A DNA stretch of 60,040 nt, filler included, from Sphacelaria rigidula (lineage: Eukaryota), in NCBI GenBank assembly GCA_964200075.2. It is 8 parts of 8 records of this genome, joined end to end, with 100 filler letters (N's around TTAATTAATTAA, not from the genome) between each part and the next. Parts side by side here need not be neighbours in the genome. Positions count along the whole stretch, not along the records: positions 1 to 7,418 come from CAXNAA020015015.1; positions 7,519 to 14,936 come from CAXNAA020015016.1; 6 more parts are not named here. One strand, given 5' to 3'. Below, in pieces: positions 1-11,567 of this stretch (position 1 is the first letter of the stretch; the number at the start of each line of letters is the position of its first letter). The position numbers were made by a program, and so were the translations under genes. The notes below the pieces were generated by a model. That model searched no databases. It was not told the origin of the DNA and saw only the letters and a program-made list of their open reading frames with translations.

Positions 1-640
1 CCATGATGACCAAAATGTATCGGAACCCAGCATCCTCCGACAAACCTTGGGAAGCTAGCGGGCCACTCTCGCCCACGTGCAAGAAGTCAAAATGAACGAC
101 TTCATTCGGCGTGGTCCCATGGACCGTTTCACCGAGCGGGCGGGGAACAACATCGCCCGCCCTCGAGTCAGCACAGTGAAGACACTGGCGGACAAATTCG
201 CGCACGTTAGTTTCTATCTCCTGCCAGACATAAAACTCTTTCAAACGCACGAGCGTCGCAGCCACACCACGATGCCCGGCGTCGCGCATGTGCGCGCAAA
301 TCATCAGACGTACCTGCAAGTGCTTTTCAGAACTCGGAATACACAAAACGTTTCGATCACGCACATGTACACGAAACAGACCTTCATTGTCCAAGATAGT
401 AGTACCAACGTCCGACTCGAAAGATTGCACATCCGCATCTTCGTCCCCAAGGTCTTTTCGTTGCACTTCGTGGACAACAGATTTGGACGGTATCGAGTCA
501 CCAGGTTCGCACGGACCGTACACAGCCACGGCGCGCGCAGGCAAAGTGGGAATATTTACCCAGCGCGAAAGCAAGTCCCCCCACGCGTTACGTTCACCCG
601 AAATATGACAAATGGTGTACCGATGCTGTCCTAATACTCA
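1..640 (-). pseudogene. Gypsy integrase N-terminal zinc-binding domain and start of catalytic core
   Basis: Manual translation: MICAHMRDAGHRG...VREFVRQCLHCADSRAGDVVPRPLGETVHGTTPNEVVHFDFLHVGESG...FRYILVIM; runs off the contig end. Confidence 0.85.
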
Positions 641-1075
641 TTTCCACCCCTCCAATCGCTGTGCCAACCCCGTTGACACAGACGTCACGTTTGCCTCCGG
701 GTTGAAAATGTACGCTAGATTTCGGTGATCCGTGAAAATGTGTATGCCATTCCACAACAAATGCTCGAGACGACGAAAAGTGCTCACGATAGCAAAACCT
801 TCCTTGTCAATGGTTGCCCAACGCATCTGTGAACTTTTGAAATTACCACTCAGAAAAGTCAGCGGTTTATGCGTCACAACCGACAACCGTTGTTGCATTT
901 CTGCATCAGGCACCTCCGTTACAAAACTACCCCAATGGCACTCAAATGCATCCGGAGACATTGATACCTGACAATTAGGACGAGGATGGGGCAGCGTCCC
1001 GGCATGAGCCACCAGATCTTTCGCTGCCGCCCACGCCTGCAGCCTGCCCTTTGTCCACGATGCAGCCTTCTTCGG
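638..1075 (-). pseudogene. Gypsy RT connection / RNase H
   Basis: ORF 638..1012 has KPLTFLSGNF..SQMRWATIDKEGFAIV and IFTDHRNLAYIF, typical of retroelement RNase H. Confidence 0.88.
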
Positions 1076-1429
1076 AAACGCATTATCCAGACTGGATCAC
1101 CCCGCTTGCAAATTCCGTAACACCAACCCGAGCGCCAAAAGAGCCGCCATGCACAACGCCAACCAACTCGGCTTCACTGGATTGTACCTTCGTCTTCACC
1201 GCGGACGCCCCAGGTTTTGGCTGAACACGCATGGGCTCCACGCGCGCAGGGGGGTCACCCCGCAGCGCACGATGAAACGCGTTGACGCATCAATGCAATA
1301 TATCGCGCAGGCGCTACGCTTTTGAGATGCTGAGGCTTTTCGCCCCAGCATCCGTCACGCTCTCCTCCAGCGCGACTTTCCGAGCGGACTCCTCATCCGC
1401 CGGATCAATAAATATCTCCGGGCCACGCT

Positions 1430-1891
1430 CTACCAAGCGTTCCACCGCCTCATCACGCTCCTCGGACACCTGCCCCCCCGCCTCCTGGAGAGCATCAACC
1501 GATAGCTTACTCTGCGACTGGCCAAGAAAACAGACGTCTCGACACTCGAACCGGGCGACGGTATTTTCGTCTTTAGGGGCTCCAACAACCGATCATACGG
1601 ATCGACTCCGAGTCCCCGAAGCGCCGGTAGGCCCAACAGAACAACACCATCCGTCCCCGGCATGATCGCAAACGATATTGGGGGTAATTTTTCTGGCCCC
1701 CAGGTAGTCAGGAACGCCAACTGTAGGAGAATCGTACGCTCCGTCACATTTATACGTTCCCCAGATGCGGTGATGGCCTGCCGCGCCCCGAGCGAGAACA
1801 GAATTCGGATTTGCTCACCGGGGAGTAGACGCTCCAGCATCTCCACAATTAGTACCGACACGCTCGTGAAGTGGGCGCCTGAATCCAACAC
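1430..1891 (-). pseudogene. Gypsy aspartic protease region
   Basis: LDSGA active-site motif and downstream VVLLG motif, between gag and RT. Confidence 0.8.
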
Positions 1892-2079
1892 CGCTTTGAC
1901 CGATATGACTCCCCGCGCCCGTTGATCATGGAGATATAACTCGGCAGATACATAATGTCTTGGTCCTCAACCGGCACCTGCTCCGCCGACTGATGGGTCG
2001 TAATCCCCACTTGGCGCCACTGCTGCGCGCGCGGCGCATGCATAGACGCCCCCGCTGTGGTCACCGGCACCGCCGGCGG

Positions 2080-3318
2080 CTACGAAGCCCCGCCCGCAGA
2101 ACCATATTGCAGCGGCACCCCGGCGGGCGCAGCAGCGGATTCAAATTTCAGCTGAAAACCGGCCGGCTCCGCAGCCGGCGTCTCGCCTTGCTCTGCTGCC
2201 GGCGGTGCCGGCACCGAGCCCGACACTAGAGAAGTCGGTCCCACCTGCACCGCCCGTGGCGGAGCAGCAGCCCCTGCGGCTGAACCGAACCCAGAACCGG
2301 ACCCCTGCTGACGCCGCTGCCCCTGCTGTTGCTGCTGAGAACTCGACTGTGCACCTCCACCGCTGGAGGATCCGCCGCTGCCGCCACCACGACTACCTCG
2401 TCTTTTGTGATTGTGAGGACGCGCGGCACTCGTCTGCCCAGACTCCCCCTCAGAAGGCGTTGGGCACTTCCGTACGATGTGACTGACCTGGCCACACTGA
2501 AAGCAAGTAATATTGGAGGCGGCACTGCCTGCGGATTTTGATCCGCGGTTACGCGAGCTCGAAGACCGCGGTGACGAAGTGGATGATTTTCCGAATACTT
2601 CGACCCGCCGCCATACCTGAGCCTCAGCCACCACGGTATCCATGACTAAATACGGGTCCGACTTCCAACTTTTTTCGTGCTGTAACTGTACAAGCACGGC
2701 CTGCTTGAATTCCGCCGGTGCCAGACCCTCCACCATCGCTTTGGCGACCACCGCAGCGGGCCCTGGGCGAAATTTCCCATCGAACGAACGATAAATCATC
2801 TCTACGATGGGATTTTCCGAAAAATACGTCTCCAACTTACCCATTATGGGCTCCACCCTCTCACGCATGGTCCTCCCCTTGTGGTTCATTTCGACAGCCT
2901 TCGCCACGGCCGCGGACGCCTGAGTAAGCCCTACCTTCGCTCCTGCCGCATGCCCTGCATGCTTCTTTATCGCTGCGGCCAACTGCAGCGGCATTATGGT
3001 ATGCTTTTCGTGGAACCTTCTCGCGAAGACGCGTTGCAAGGGGGTAGGCACCAGTTGCGCCATAGAAACCACTTGATGCCTCACCGCACCTCCTGCATTC
3101 AGATGCTCCACCCTCCTTCTGTATTCCATGTATTTCGTGTAAAACGATCGACAGGCACCCTGAGAATACAAACTCCCGTAACTGGGCGGCCGCAACTCTT
3201 CCCTTAAAACGACTGGGGTTACGGTCGTTTCCGCTGGCTCTATTGCTGGTACCTCAGTAGTCGACATTCTCGAGCGGAAAATCGAATATTTGTGAAACCT
3301 TCTAGAACTCCAGTTCAC
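2080..3318 (-). CDS. gag: Gag-like protein with CCHC zinc knuckle
   Basis: 412-aa ORF with CFQCGQVSHIVRKC (C-x2-C-x4-H-x4-C) and a Gly/Ser/Gln-rich tail, upstream of the protease. Confidence 0.85.
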   Translation of the reverse strand: MNWSSRRFHKYSIFRSRMSTTEVPAIEPAETTVTPVVLREELRPPSYGSLYSQGACRSFYTKYMEYRRRVEHLNAGGAVRHQVVSMAQLVPTPLQRVFARRFHEKHTIMPLQLAAAIKKHAGHAAGAKVGLTQASAAVAKAVEMNHKGRTMRERVEPIMGKLETYFSENPIVEMIYRSFDGKFRPGPAAVVAKAMVEGLAPAEFKQAVLVQLQHEKSWKSDPYLVMDTVVAEAQVWRRVEVFGKSSTSSPRSSSSRNRGSKSAGSAASNITCFQCGQVSHIVRKCPTPSEGESGQTSAARPHNHKRRGSRGGGSGGSSSGGGAQSSSQQQQQGQRRQQGSGSGFGSAAGAAAPPRAVQVGPTSLVSGSVPAPPAAEQGETPAAEPAGFQLKFESAAAPAGVPLQYGSAGGAS

Positions 3319-3579
3319 ACCTCCTTTCTTCGCCGCTTCACACAGCCCTGGGGCCCTATAAACACCCGCTGTACGCAGCTCCAGTAAGTCTCCAGTCTGG
3401 ATTAATCACGGGCCAGCCGCCTTTGCAGCTACCTCAGCTTGAAACCTCTTCACGCGTCCGTGAAGCTCTGTGCCCGAAGCTAATCACAAGCTGTCCAGAA
3501 TTTTTCCTGCTGAAACATTTCAGCAGTCTCAAATGATAACATCTACTACCACGCCCAGCACTAGCACTAATATCGATAT

Positions 3580-4320
3580 TGTGACGCTAGCAGGTTGCTG
3601 GTACTGCAGCATCTGAATGCTGTTGAGGGACTCCCCAGTTCCACTGGCCTCAAGGTCTTAGTTGTCAGCCTTCACAACACCTTATCATTACCGGAGTAAA
3701 CACCTGCAACCCCGTACCATCAGTCCTGGGCTACACAGCAAGGGTCATCATCCACAGGATGCCCTTGTCTCCTGGTCATCATCCAGGATCCACTATATAC
3801 TCAATCGTGACGGCGTGATTTCGCCACAGGCCGCAATCCCGGCCGCTGTTCCTGGCATATAGCGTCCCAACGGCCCAACCCATGTCCGTGCGCTGCTGGT
3901 ACGGCCTGAACTCCTCTCTCTAATGGCGACGGTCCCGGGGGGGCTGCCTGACAGCGTGGAAATAACGCTGACTGCGGGAGCGCTAGCGAGAATCTGGGTG
4001 GGGGCGGGAGCGGGAGCGGTGAGCGGCCGGTGAACGGGAGCGGAAGCGAGGATTACTCCTAGAGCGAGAGGATGAAGACCGCTGGTTGCGGAGTTCCTGC
4101 TAGCGGTGCGTCGACACAGAGCGATGGTTCCGGGGGTCCTGCCTGCTGGCAGCGGGCCGATAGTGAGCGACCACGACTTTGGCAGTCTCATCCATCGCTG
4201 CTTTTGTTGGGTAACTGGTGGGAGATCCACATGAGCTGAGGTCTCCGGCAGCAGCACCACCGTTGGTGACCCCCTGCTTCTAGTAAGGCACGTTGCTACC
4301 TGTATCCCGGTAACGTCCCA
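3580..4320 (-). mobile_element. Candidate 5' LTR of the gypsy element
   Basis: Bounded by TGTGACG...CGTCCCA (imperfect TG..CA inverted ends) just upstream of gag. No second LTR in the window to confirm it. Confidence 0.35.
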
Positions 4321-5220
4321 CGTCTTCAGTTACAGACACCCCAGTGGCCACGGCTATAGCTTTGCCCAAACAAAAGTAAGAGCATCATCGTGACGTTATA
4401 CCAATGGTGGATAGTACGCAGGCAGTGCGGCACTCCAGGAATTCGACTATGCAGTACTGCTAATCGTCTCGGGTTAAGAACCATGTAATGGTCGCGTGCT
4501 CTGAGTGCACAGATAGCGCATACAGGCACGCAAGCTGAGGTTTGCAACGGGCAAGCGGCCAGCAACAACTGCATAATAAATATTGCCAGGGCGCGTCGAA
4601 TCTCAAATTATTACAGTGTTTGTGACGTTGCGGTCTTGGATGGCGGCGGTGAAACCGGATTGGTCTGGGCTGGGTCCTTGTTAGAAGTGGCTCGAAAATG
4701 AAGGTCTGCCGCACGCACCGGGGTATGGTGATGTGTCGTTGCACAGAAGCCTAAAGTTGTATTGAAGCATAGATCGTGTTCGTGTTATCGCCGTCGCCCT
4801 ACATTGGCAAGGGCCCGCAGCAAACCGGCGCTGAGACGTGAGCCGTTTCCCGGCAAATTCTCGCTCGGTCGTCCCGCACTAGTCCCAGTCACTACCATAC
4901 CTGTTTTCAAGTACACGTACAGTACTTGCTTCCCGGTATGACATATACTAAATTTTGCAAGCTGCTGTTTCTCGGGTAGACGGGAGACAGCGTCAAGCGT
5001 CAAACCGCTGCACGCTGAGCCGAGGGGCGCCATATCGGGAAATGACGGCACCACCCCCCCAGGTCGCCCAAGCCTCATTCCGAGGCCGTAGGAGGGGAGG
5101 GGGAGGGGGACCCCGGGTGCCCTATTTTCGGAGGGGAGGGGTACCCCCCTGCTTGATGGATGATGACAATAGTAGTTGTTATGTGTGTGCGCATCGTTCT
5201 TAGAAGACACATAATATATA

Positions 5221-5530
5221 TTTTTTTATATGTTTGTCGCACTTTGAACCCCTCCTCTTCCTCAGGACGAGTCCGTGGTCTCGAAGGATTAACCCATCTC
5301 TCCTAGGCACACGCCTTGTATTTGATCTCGCGGATTGGGTCAGCACTCCCGCACCGCGTCAACTCACGTCAAACAAACTCCGTCGGCTGCTTTGCTCATT
5401 CACGTTCTCACGCTTTCCACGGGGGAAATCACGCACCACGAACAAAAAACCCGACACACATCGGGAATCGAAGCCTCATTTTCTTCACCCTAATGGCGAC
5501 AGTCGGACCATTACACCATCGGGGCGCGGC
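5221..5530 (-). mobile_element. tRNA-derived SINE-like element
   Basis: Minus-strand head has A-box TGGTGTAATGG and B-box-like GCTTCGATTCC, and the 3' end is A-rich. The tail recurs at ~13490-13612 (ending in poly-A) and ~15503-15565; head and body recur at ~16250-16445. Confidence 0.65.
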
Positions 5531-5541
5531 GGACTAATGGC

Positions 5542-5788
5542 GAGATAGCCCCCCTACAAAAAGTGCACCGGAGACCGTCCGACAAACCGGCTGCGATTTC
5601 ACTATTGGCCTCGTTTGCAGCTATTTTGCCCAAATGAGAAGTGTGTAGCAGTCTGGAATCAGCTATAACGCCCAAATGAGTCGCGTCGTGCAGCACGAAA
5701 CTCGCTCTAACGGCATTTATGATCATCGCCTCCGTGCACGTTTTTGGCCGGTTCGGGAGGGGGGGGCGGTTCGGGGGGGGGCTATCTC
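5542..5788. mobile_element. Small MITE
   Basis: Terminal inverted repeats GAGATAGCCCCCC / GGGGGGCTATCTC, flanked by GGC on both sides. Confidence 0.5.
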
Positions 5789-6349
5789 GGCAGCAGTCGG
5801 CGGCAAGCTCATGAAATATGCTGCTTGCTGCTGTGTTCGACACTACGTACCAACCGCAGCGTGACGCCTTCGGTGGTACTACCTGCTTACTGCACAGCGG
5901 TAGGGTGCAGGGTGACAAAGCACACCGCAGGATGTCACATCCTTAGCCTACCCCTGTCTTGCATTGATTTCGCGCTGTCCTATGCAGTTCGCCACATCAT
6001 GAACGCAGCCGCTTGTACCTGCTGCTAAATTGTACGCGGGATATCAGCCCTCGCTACGCGCTATATCACTAGGCCACATTTTGTAAAGCTGTCCGTGTTG
6101 CAGCTGCAGCGTGCGTTTGCCCCAGGTGGCGCACGCAGGAGTGAAAGGCCGCCTCCGCCGCTGTAATGGCTGCCTGTATCTTGGGCGACGCTGTATGGTA
6201 ACACAGCCGCTATGGCGCGAAAACCGCCTGTGGCTATCCACATCGTGGAGATTTTTACACAATGTTGTCTCGAACTGTGGCGTTGCAGTTACCGAGTTGA
6301 AGTACGAGTACTGAATTACACAAACTAAAGTCGGCAGTATATTCTATAC

Positions 6350-6575
6350 TGTGCAAAACAATCCGACCCCAACGGTCGACGAGGGAAATGGACTGCTGAA
6401 CCCCTCTCGCGATAAAAAAGAAAGGCAAGCACCGAAGGAAGGTGGAGAACTAAACCAAGGAAGAAAAAACTCCTATGTTGGCCTTCCTCCCGTGTTACCC
6501 CGGCTGGTGCGCCGAAATACACCAAAAGGTGGAGACCGGCGTCCAGAATAGATGGGACAATACACACAACACACT
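6350..6575 (-). repeat. Dispersed ~220-bp repeat family, copy 1 (probably LINE 3' UTR or SINE-derived)
   Basis: Core ATTCTGGACGCC...GGAGGAAGG...GGTGCTTGCCTT...TTTCCCTCGTCGACCG shared with 7519-7686, 12672-12886 and 48246-48492. Confidence 0.8.
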
Positions 6576-6631
6576 CTGCGCAGTACACTGTTAACATCGT
6601 GTTTGTACTGACTGTAGAAATCTTTGTGAAC

Positions 6632-6710
6632 GGTCTGGTACATTTCCACATATAATGCAGGGTCTAGTACACTTCCACTTATAATGCAGGGTCTGGTACA
6701 TTTCCACTTG
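6632..6710 (+). repeat. 30-bp tandem repeat, about 2.6 copies
   Basis: GGTCTGGTACATTTCCAC(A/T)TATAATGCAG repeated. Confidence 0.7.
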
Positions 6711-7418
6711 TGAATGTGTGTAGTGTTACTCAGTGAGATCGTAAAAAACTCCGCAACATCTGGGCGAACTGCAGGTGAGGCAATCGCGAAAATATTCCCC
6801 TGCAAACTTTGCTCCAGTGCACTGTAAGTTGATATCGCTAGAAGAACACTATCATAACCACCTTGCCTGCTGCCAGACTGTCAGGACGTAGGGTCCGCTA
6901 GCATTGCCACTGTATGTACAGGGATGTTGCCCCTTTGTCAAGTACGTGGGGAAGGGTCCGTGGAAGAACGCTGTGGTCGCATCATGCAGCTGCACGCTGG
7001 GCGTTCTCACTCAAGAGTTCGATTTGTGGGAAGAGACTAGATAGGCAGCAGCAACTACAGCTGTGTGTCCAGATGCCCCTTGGAGCAAGATGCGTTTGGT
7101 TTTTGTTTGGAAAAATGTTTACCCCCCAAAACGAAATCCGTCTCGAAAGGGATGCGTGGTCAATGGTCAAACGACTAAGGCAAGCAACAAATGAGTACGC
7201 CCCCCAAAACGAAATCAATAGGGGTTATAGAGTGGGAAATCTAGCAAACAACAGCAAATTGTGCGAATTGAGGTTTAACTTCGAGATGAGGTTCAAGTGG
7301 GCAACCCGACTTGTGAACGTTTTGTAGTAGAAGTATCGAGGACAAGCTCTTATTCGGAAAGAGTTACTTGTGGAGGTGAACCCGTGATGCGTCATTTTCA
7401 GTATGTCCAAGAATCGAT

Positions 7419-7518
7419 NNNNNNNNNNNNNNNNNNNNNNNNNNNNNNNNNNNNNNNNNNNNTTAATTAATTAANNNNNNNNNNNNNNNNNNNNNNNNNN
7501 NNNNNNNNNNNNNNNNNN
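7419..7518. other. Artificial contig linker
   Basis: 44 N + TTAATTAATTAA (stops in all six frames) + 44 N. Confidence 0.98.
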
Positions 7519-7686
7519 AAAATAAAAGGCAAGCACCGCAGAAGGAAGGTGGGGTATCAAAAACAAAACAAAAAGAGAAAAGCTCCTGTGTTGACCTTCC
7601 TCCTGTGTGATCCCGGCTGGTGCGCCAACATACACCGAAAGGTGTAGACCGGCGTCCAGAATAGATGGAACGACAACACACACACA
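7519..7686 (-). repeat. Dispersed repeat family, copy 2
   Basis: Homologous to 6350-6575. Confidence 0.8.
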
Positions 7687-8703
7687 ATAGGGGCCAATCA
7701 TCCCGCAATATGGATGTATTTCCCCGTATTATGGACTGATCACCCCGCAGATGGATCGAGGACCGCGCATGATTAATCAATAAGCCCGATTACGAGTTCT
7801 TGCTTTTGCTGTTGTTGGCTTCGTTGCGATGTATATATCTTGCCGCCCCCCCCCGTCTTTCTTGTGGACCTTGTGTCTGCTTGAACGTTCGTTGAAAAGG
7901 GCGCAACGGCTGGGATGAGTGAGCTGTTGTTTGTTTGTCCCTTTACCTCACCCCTGTGTTCGTGTTCGTTTTCGTTGTTGCCAATATGCAATCGTTTCTG
8001 TTTTTGTTTTGTGTTGATCACAGTATATGTCAGAGCATGCCGGAGTGCTTTCGAAAGTTGACGCGCGATCTCTTCTTGTCGTTCCTGCCCCGATACGACC
8101 TCGTGTGCGAGCAGAACATGCACAGGTGAGAAGACAAGCCGACCCTAGTATACCTTTTTGTTTTTGTTTTTTGCGCTCCTTCTCGATCTCTCGTTTTTTT
8201 CATGTTGTCTTGACCCCGTTTTCATTCTCTGTCTCTTTCTCTCTAAATTTATGTCTAGATCTAGGTCTAGGTCTATGTCTGTCTCTCTGTCTCGTCTTTT
8301 TTTTGTCCGCACTCCGTCACATTTCTGGTTGTGTTGATGTTCCCGCGACGCTAATCGCTCAATCTGAGGGGGCCCACCCCTTAGGCCGAAGGCTGAAATT
8401 GCGGCCTTTTGTTCAGTCAGAGAGAGGGAGAAAGGCGGACAGTCAGGGGATGCCATTGCCATCGTTGCTTTGTCATTCCCCCTGTTATTTACCAGTGTAT
8501 GGCATGGCGTAAGGGGCACTCGAGTTGGAAAAGTTCGTACCCCCATGTGGAGCATGGTTTCCCAAGGGCACTGATTTCTGCAGTGCACGGGCGACACTTC
8601 AGGCCGACGTTCCGAAACATGCATGGTATCCCTCAGATATTGTATCATCTTTTGTTTGAATTACCAATCTTTGCATTTGTCCCCCCTCACTACCCCACCA
8701 TAT

Positions 8704-8810
8704 GAGCCTGGTCCGGCAAAAATCCGGCGTGCTCCGTTCCGGTTTCGTAGCGATACAAGGTCAATAGTCTTGTGACTACGGCATGCAAGATCATGAGTAC
8801 ATCCCCCCCG
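8704..8810 (+). repeat. Dispersed SINE-associated module
   Basis: GAGCCTGGTCCGGC...CCGGCGTGCTCCG...GATCATGAGTA also at ~16110-16215 and partly at ~15650-15700. Confidence 0.7.
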
Positions 8811-9109
8811 CACCCCGCACCCCGCACCCCGCATCATACGTTTAATCCTTCCTTTTCCTGGGGGCGAACTTGAAGGGATTAGTCCTTGTCTCTCCCAGTA
8901 CATGTTGGTGTCGGATTGGACAAGCTGTCCCGCGCACCCCGTCGCTTTCGTGAAAAATGATTCAACTCTTCAACCACCAGGGTAGGCGATATGGGCCTCA
9001 TCTTCACTATCCAAGTGAAAATGATGCCGATTCGACAGATGGTCCAAGTTGGTCGTGAAAGGGTTAAGGCCGATGTCTCACTGTTGACAGGCGACGGAAG
9101 TCAGATACC

Positions 9110-9210
9110 CCTCAGAAAAAGTATCGTTATGTACCGGGATTCGAACCCTCAACACTTCGCTGTAACCGATGTTAGTATGTGCCGTTTTAGTTCGGACCAC
9201 CAGGGCGGTA
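9110..9210 (-). mobile_element. tRNA-derived SINE head
   Basis: Minus-strand B-box GGTTCGAATCCC with a degenerate A-box; no complete cloverleaf seen. Confidence 0.45.
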
Positions 9211-9482
9211 GGTGGAGGGCCGTGTGTTTTCCTTGGTTGGAGCATTGCGCATTTTAAACAACGTAACGAAACCCGTTTGATTTACATGTCGTCGCACTTT
9301 TCAATCGATCCCTCAGGTATCGAGCAGTGGTCACGTGATAGACGTGCCCGAGACTAAACAAAACTGTAATACGCTTAAGAGAGGAGAAGAAAAACCAGAA
9401 ATGGTAGAAGAGACAGACAGAGCAACACCAAGGAAAGGAGAGGGAAAATAGAGAAAAAGGAATCAAAAGAAAACACGCGCGT

Positions 9483-9483
<1 letters not shown>

Positions 9484-9525
<42 letters not shown>
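9484..9525 (+). repeat. (CA)n microsatellite
   Basis: About 20 CA units. Confidence 0.95.
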
Positions 9526-9529
<4 letters not shown>

Positions 9530-9867
9530 GTAATAACGACTTCGGAGGGAAAGGTGTTGAGCAGAAACCGTGTGCTCGTGATTTTTACTGGGGTGTAGTG
9601 GTTACGCATGTGGCATGAAATGCAGTTGTGCGGATGTATCCTTTTGGGTGTGGATGCAGTAGTGCGTGTACCTGCCGAGTACTTTACTGTTGGGCCTCTG
9701 ACTTTTTGTTCCATGCACCATGCACTCGTTGCTCGTCGTTGTCGTCGTTGTATGAAGGGACGGGGATAGCCTAGTGGACCCTTTCGGGCACAACAAGGGG
9801 GTCTTCCAGTACGCGGCTATTCGAGGGTGAGTTTCGGTACTCCGAGCAAAATCAGCACATGGTGATG

Positions 9868-9875
9868 GTAGTGGC

Positions 9876-9925
<50 letters not shown>

Positions 9926-9966
9926 CAACGTGAGACAACTATTATCATCATAATCATGAACATGAA

Positions 9967-10005
<39 letters not shown>

Positions 10006-10056
10006 GGGCTGATTTTTTTTGTGGGTACAGCCGTTTTATTTCTCTCTTGTAGTGGC

Positions 10057-10088
<32 letters not shown>

Positions 10089-10192
10089 CGAGACAACTAT
10101 TATCATCATAATCATAATCATGAACATCATCATCATCATCATCATCATGGGCTGATTTTTTTTGGTGGTACAGCCGTTTTATTTCTCTCTTG
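9868..10192. repeat. Duplicated (GAT)n-spacer-(CAT)n trinucleotide unit
   Basis: Two tandem copies of GTAGTGGC(GAT)n..GAGACAACTATTATCATCAT..(CAT)nGGGCTGATTTTTT..GTACAGCCGTTTTATTTCTCTCTTGT. Confidence 0.9.
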
Positions 10193-10402
10193 TGTATGTT
10201 TTGTGTTTCACACTCTTTTCATTCAACACTCTACAAAACGTTTTCGTTTGGACTTAGCATTGGCAGTAACAATGCCACTGGTTCACAGCTTTCCGTTTTC
10301 CAATATCTCTGTGGGGAGCGATGTAGTACACAGTCCAGTAGAGCGCTGTAGTTCTACAGTATAAGATTCGGCCGTTGTGGCCCTTGGCTCCTTGCACGCG
10401 TC

Positions 10403-10572
10403 CACCCCCCTGGACATTACATAGACAATGAATGCAATAGCTAAAACAATATACTGGGTCAAGTATTGACATATTACAACTATTGTCGGTCGGCAATAGT
10501 TTCAATACGCCTATACTTAACCTAGTACATTCCTTGTCTATCACATCCAATGACCTTATGGTGTCCAGGGTG
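10403..10572. mobile_element. MITE with 10-bp target-site duplication (Mutator-like TSD length)
   Basis: Ends CACCC..TGGACA / TGTCCAGGGTG; TGCACGCGTC directly repeated at 10393-10402 and 10573-10582. Related ends at ~37645-37660 and ~44200. Confidence 0.7.
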
Positions 10573-11029
10573 TGCACGCGTCACACTGTACCCGCACAAC
10601 GCGGAGGCGCATCGGGAAGTGTACACGGCAACGAACAAAACCGTCCGTCTTCTGTCTTTGGTTGCAAAAGGTGATTTGGGTTGGGAACGTGGTAGGGTAC
10701 GATGCGGTGGGGTATTTTGTAGGGCTGTGAACTGGACCAGTCAACACTGTCGGTTAAAGTGTAACTGGAGTTAAACTGGAATTGGCGACGAGGGCGCCAG
10801 TTGTCCAATTTGTTTGAGGTTTGCTGTTACCAGCTATTTTTATACCATTTTTTTTCCAATATAGTAAGTTAATTAGAAAGATGCTTACAACTTCTTACTA
10901 CTGCAGAGCGTCTGTTTTCATGTGCAGGGAATGTGCTGATGAAGACTCGCGACTCGTGTAGCCCCGAGCACCTTGAACTGTTGGTTGTCTTGCGTAGCAC
11001 GTGGGAGGTTGGAGAGGAATATAGCAATT

Positions 11030-11567
11030 CAAGGTTATGTTCTGTAAGGTACGGGTACTTTCTGTAGGGTATGAGATTCCTCACAGAACTTACAGAAATA
11101 TGGGGTACCGGTATGAAAGTCTTACAGAGTTTACAGAATTTGTCGGGTACGGTATGGGAGGCGTACAGAAAACCGGTACCGGCAATCTGGTAAATTTTTT
11201 AGGGCATACCCGCCCCTCGGGTTAGGGCAAAGTTTTTGTACAGAGCTCACAGAACTGTCGGGTAAGGTTATGAGATGCTTACGGAATTCACAGAAACTGT
11301 CGGGTAGGGTGTGGAGGTTGCGCAGAAAACCGTACCCGCAATCAGGTATATTATCAAGAGCGTACCCGTGCCCCCTGGTAACGGTACGGGAGTCTTACAG
11401 AGATCACAGAACAATCGGGTAAGGGTATGAAGGTCTTACAGAGATAACAGAACTGTCGTGTACTGGTATGGAAATCTTACAGAGTTTACAGAACTTTCGG
11501 GTACGGTAAATACCCGGAAAAATACCCCGGGTATACAGAAAACCACACCCTACCGAACACAACCTTG
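11030..11567. mobile_element. Non-autonomous TIR element (hAT-like CAAGG...CCTTG ends) with internal ACAGAA / GGGTAC repeats
   Basis: CAAGGTTATGTTCTGTAAGGT matches the reverse complement of ACCCTACCGAACACAACCTTG; TSD not clear. Confidence 0.65.

Larger units (their letters stand above)
1..3318 (-). mobile_element. Ty3/gypsy LTR retrotransposon internal region (gag-PR-[RT mostly deleted]-RNaseH-IN), decayed, cut off at contig start
   Basis: Minus-strand order: gag with CCHC knuckle; protease LDSGA; RT N-terminus (DPPARVEPMRVQPKPGA); RNase H (FLSGNFKSSQMRWATIDKEGFAIV...IFTDHRNL); integrase HHCC (CAHMRDAGHRG...QCLHC) followed by VVHFDFLHVG. RH before IN is the gypsy order. Frameshifts and stops throughout. 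Confidence 0.93.

Noticed and set aside
77-634. 185-aa plus-strand ORF and other antisense ORFs over the gypsy, EsV-1-7 and contig-7 genes
   Set aside because: Shadow frames of coding sequence on the other strand or frame.
5440-5530. tRNA gene (also 9110-9210, 16380-16445)
   Set aside because: Only A/B boxes remain with no full cloverleaf, and they are attached to repeat bodies, so SINE heads.
9602-10096. Poly-His/Asp/Ser ORFs
   Set aside because: Translations of trinucleotide microsatellites.
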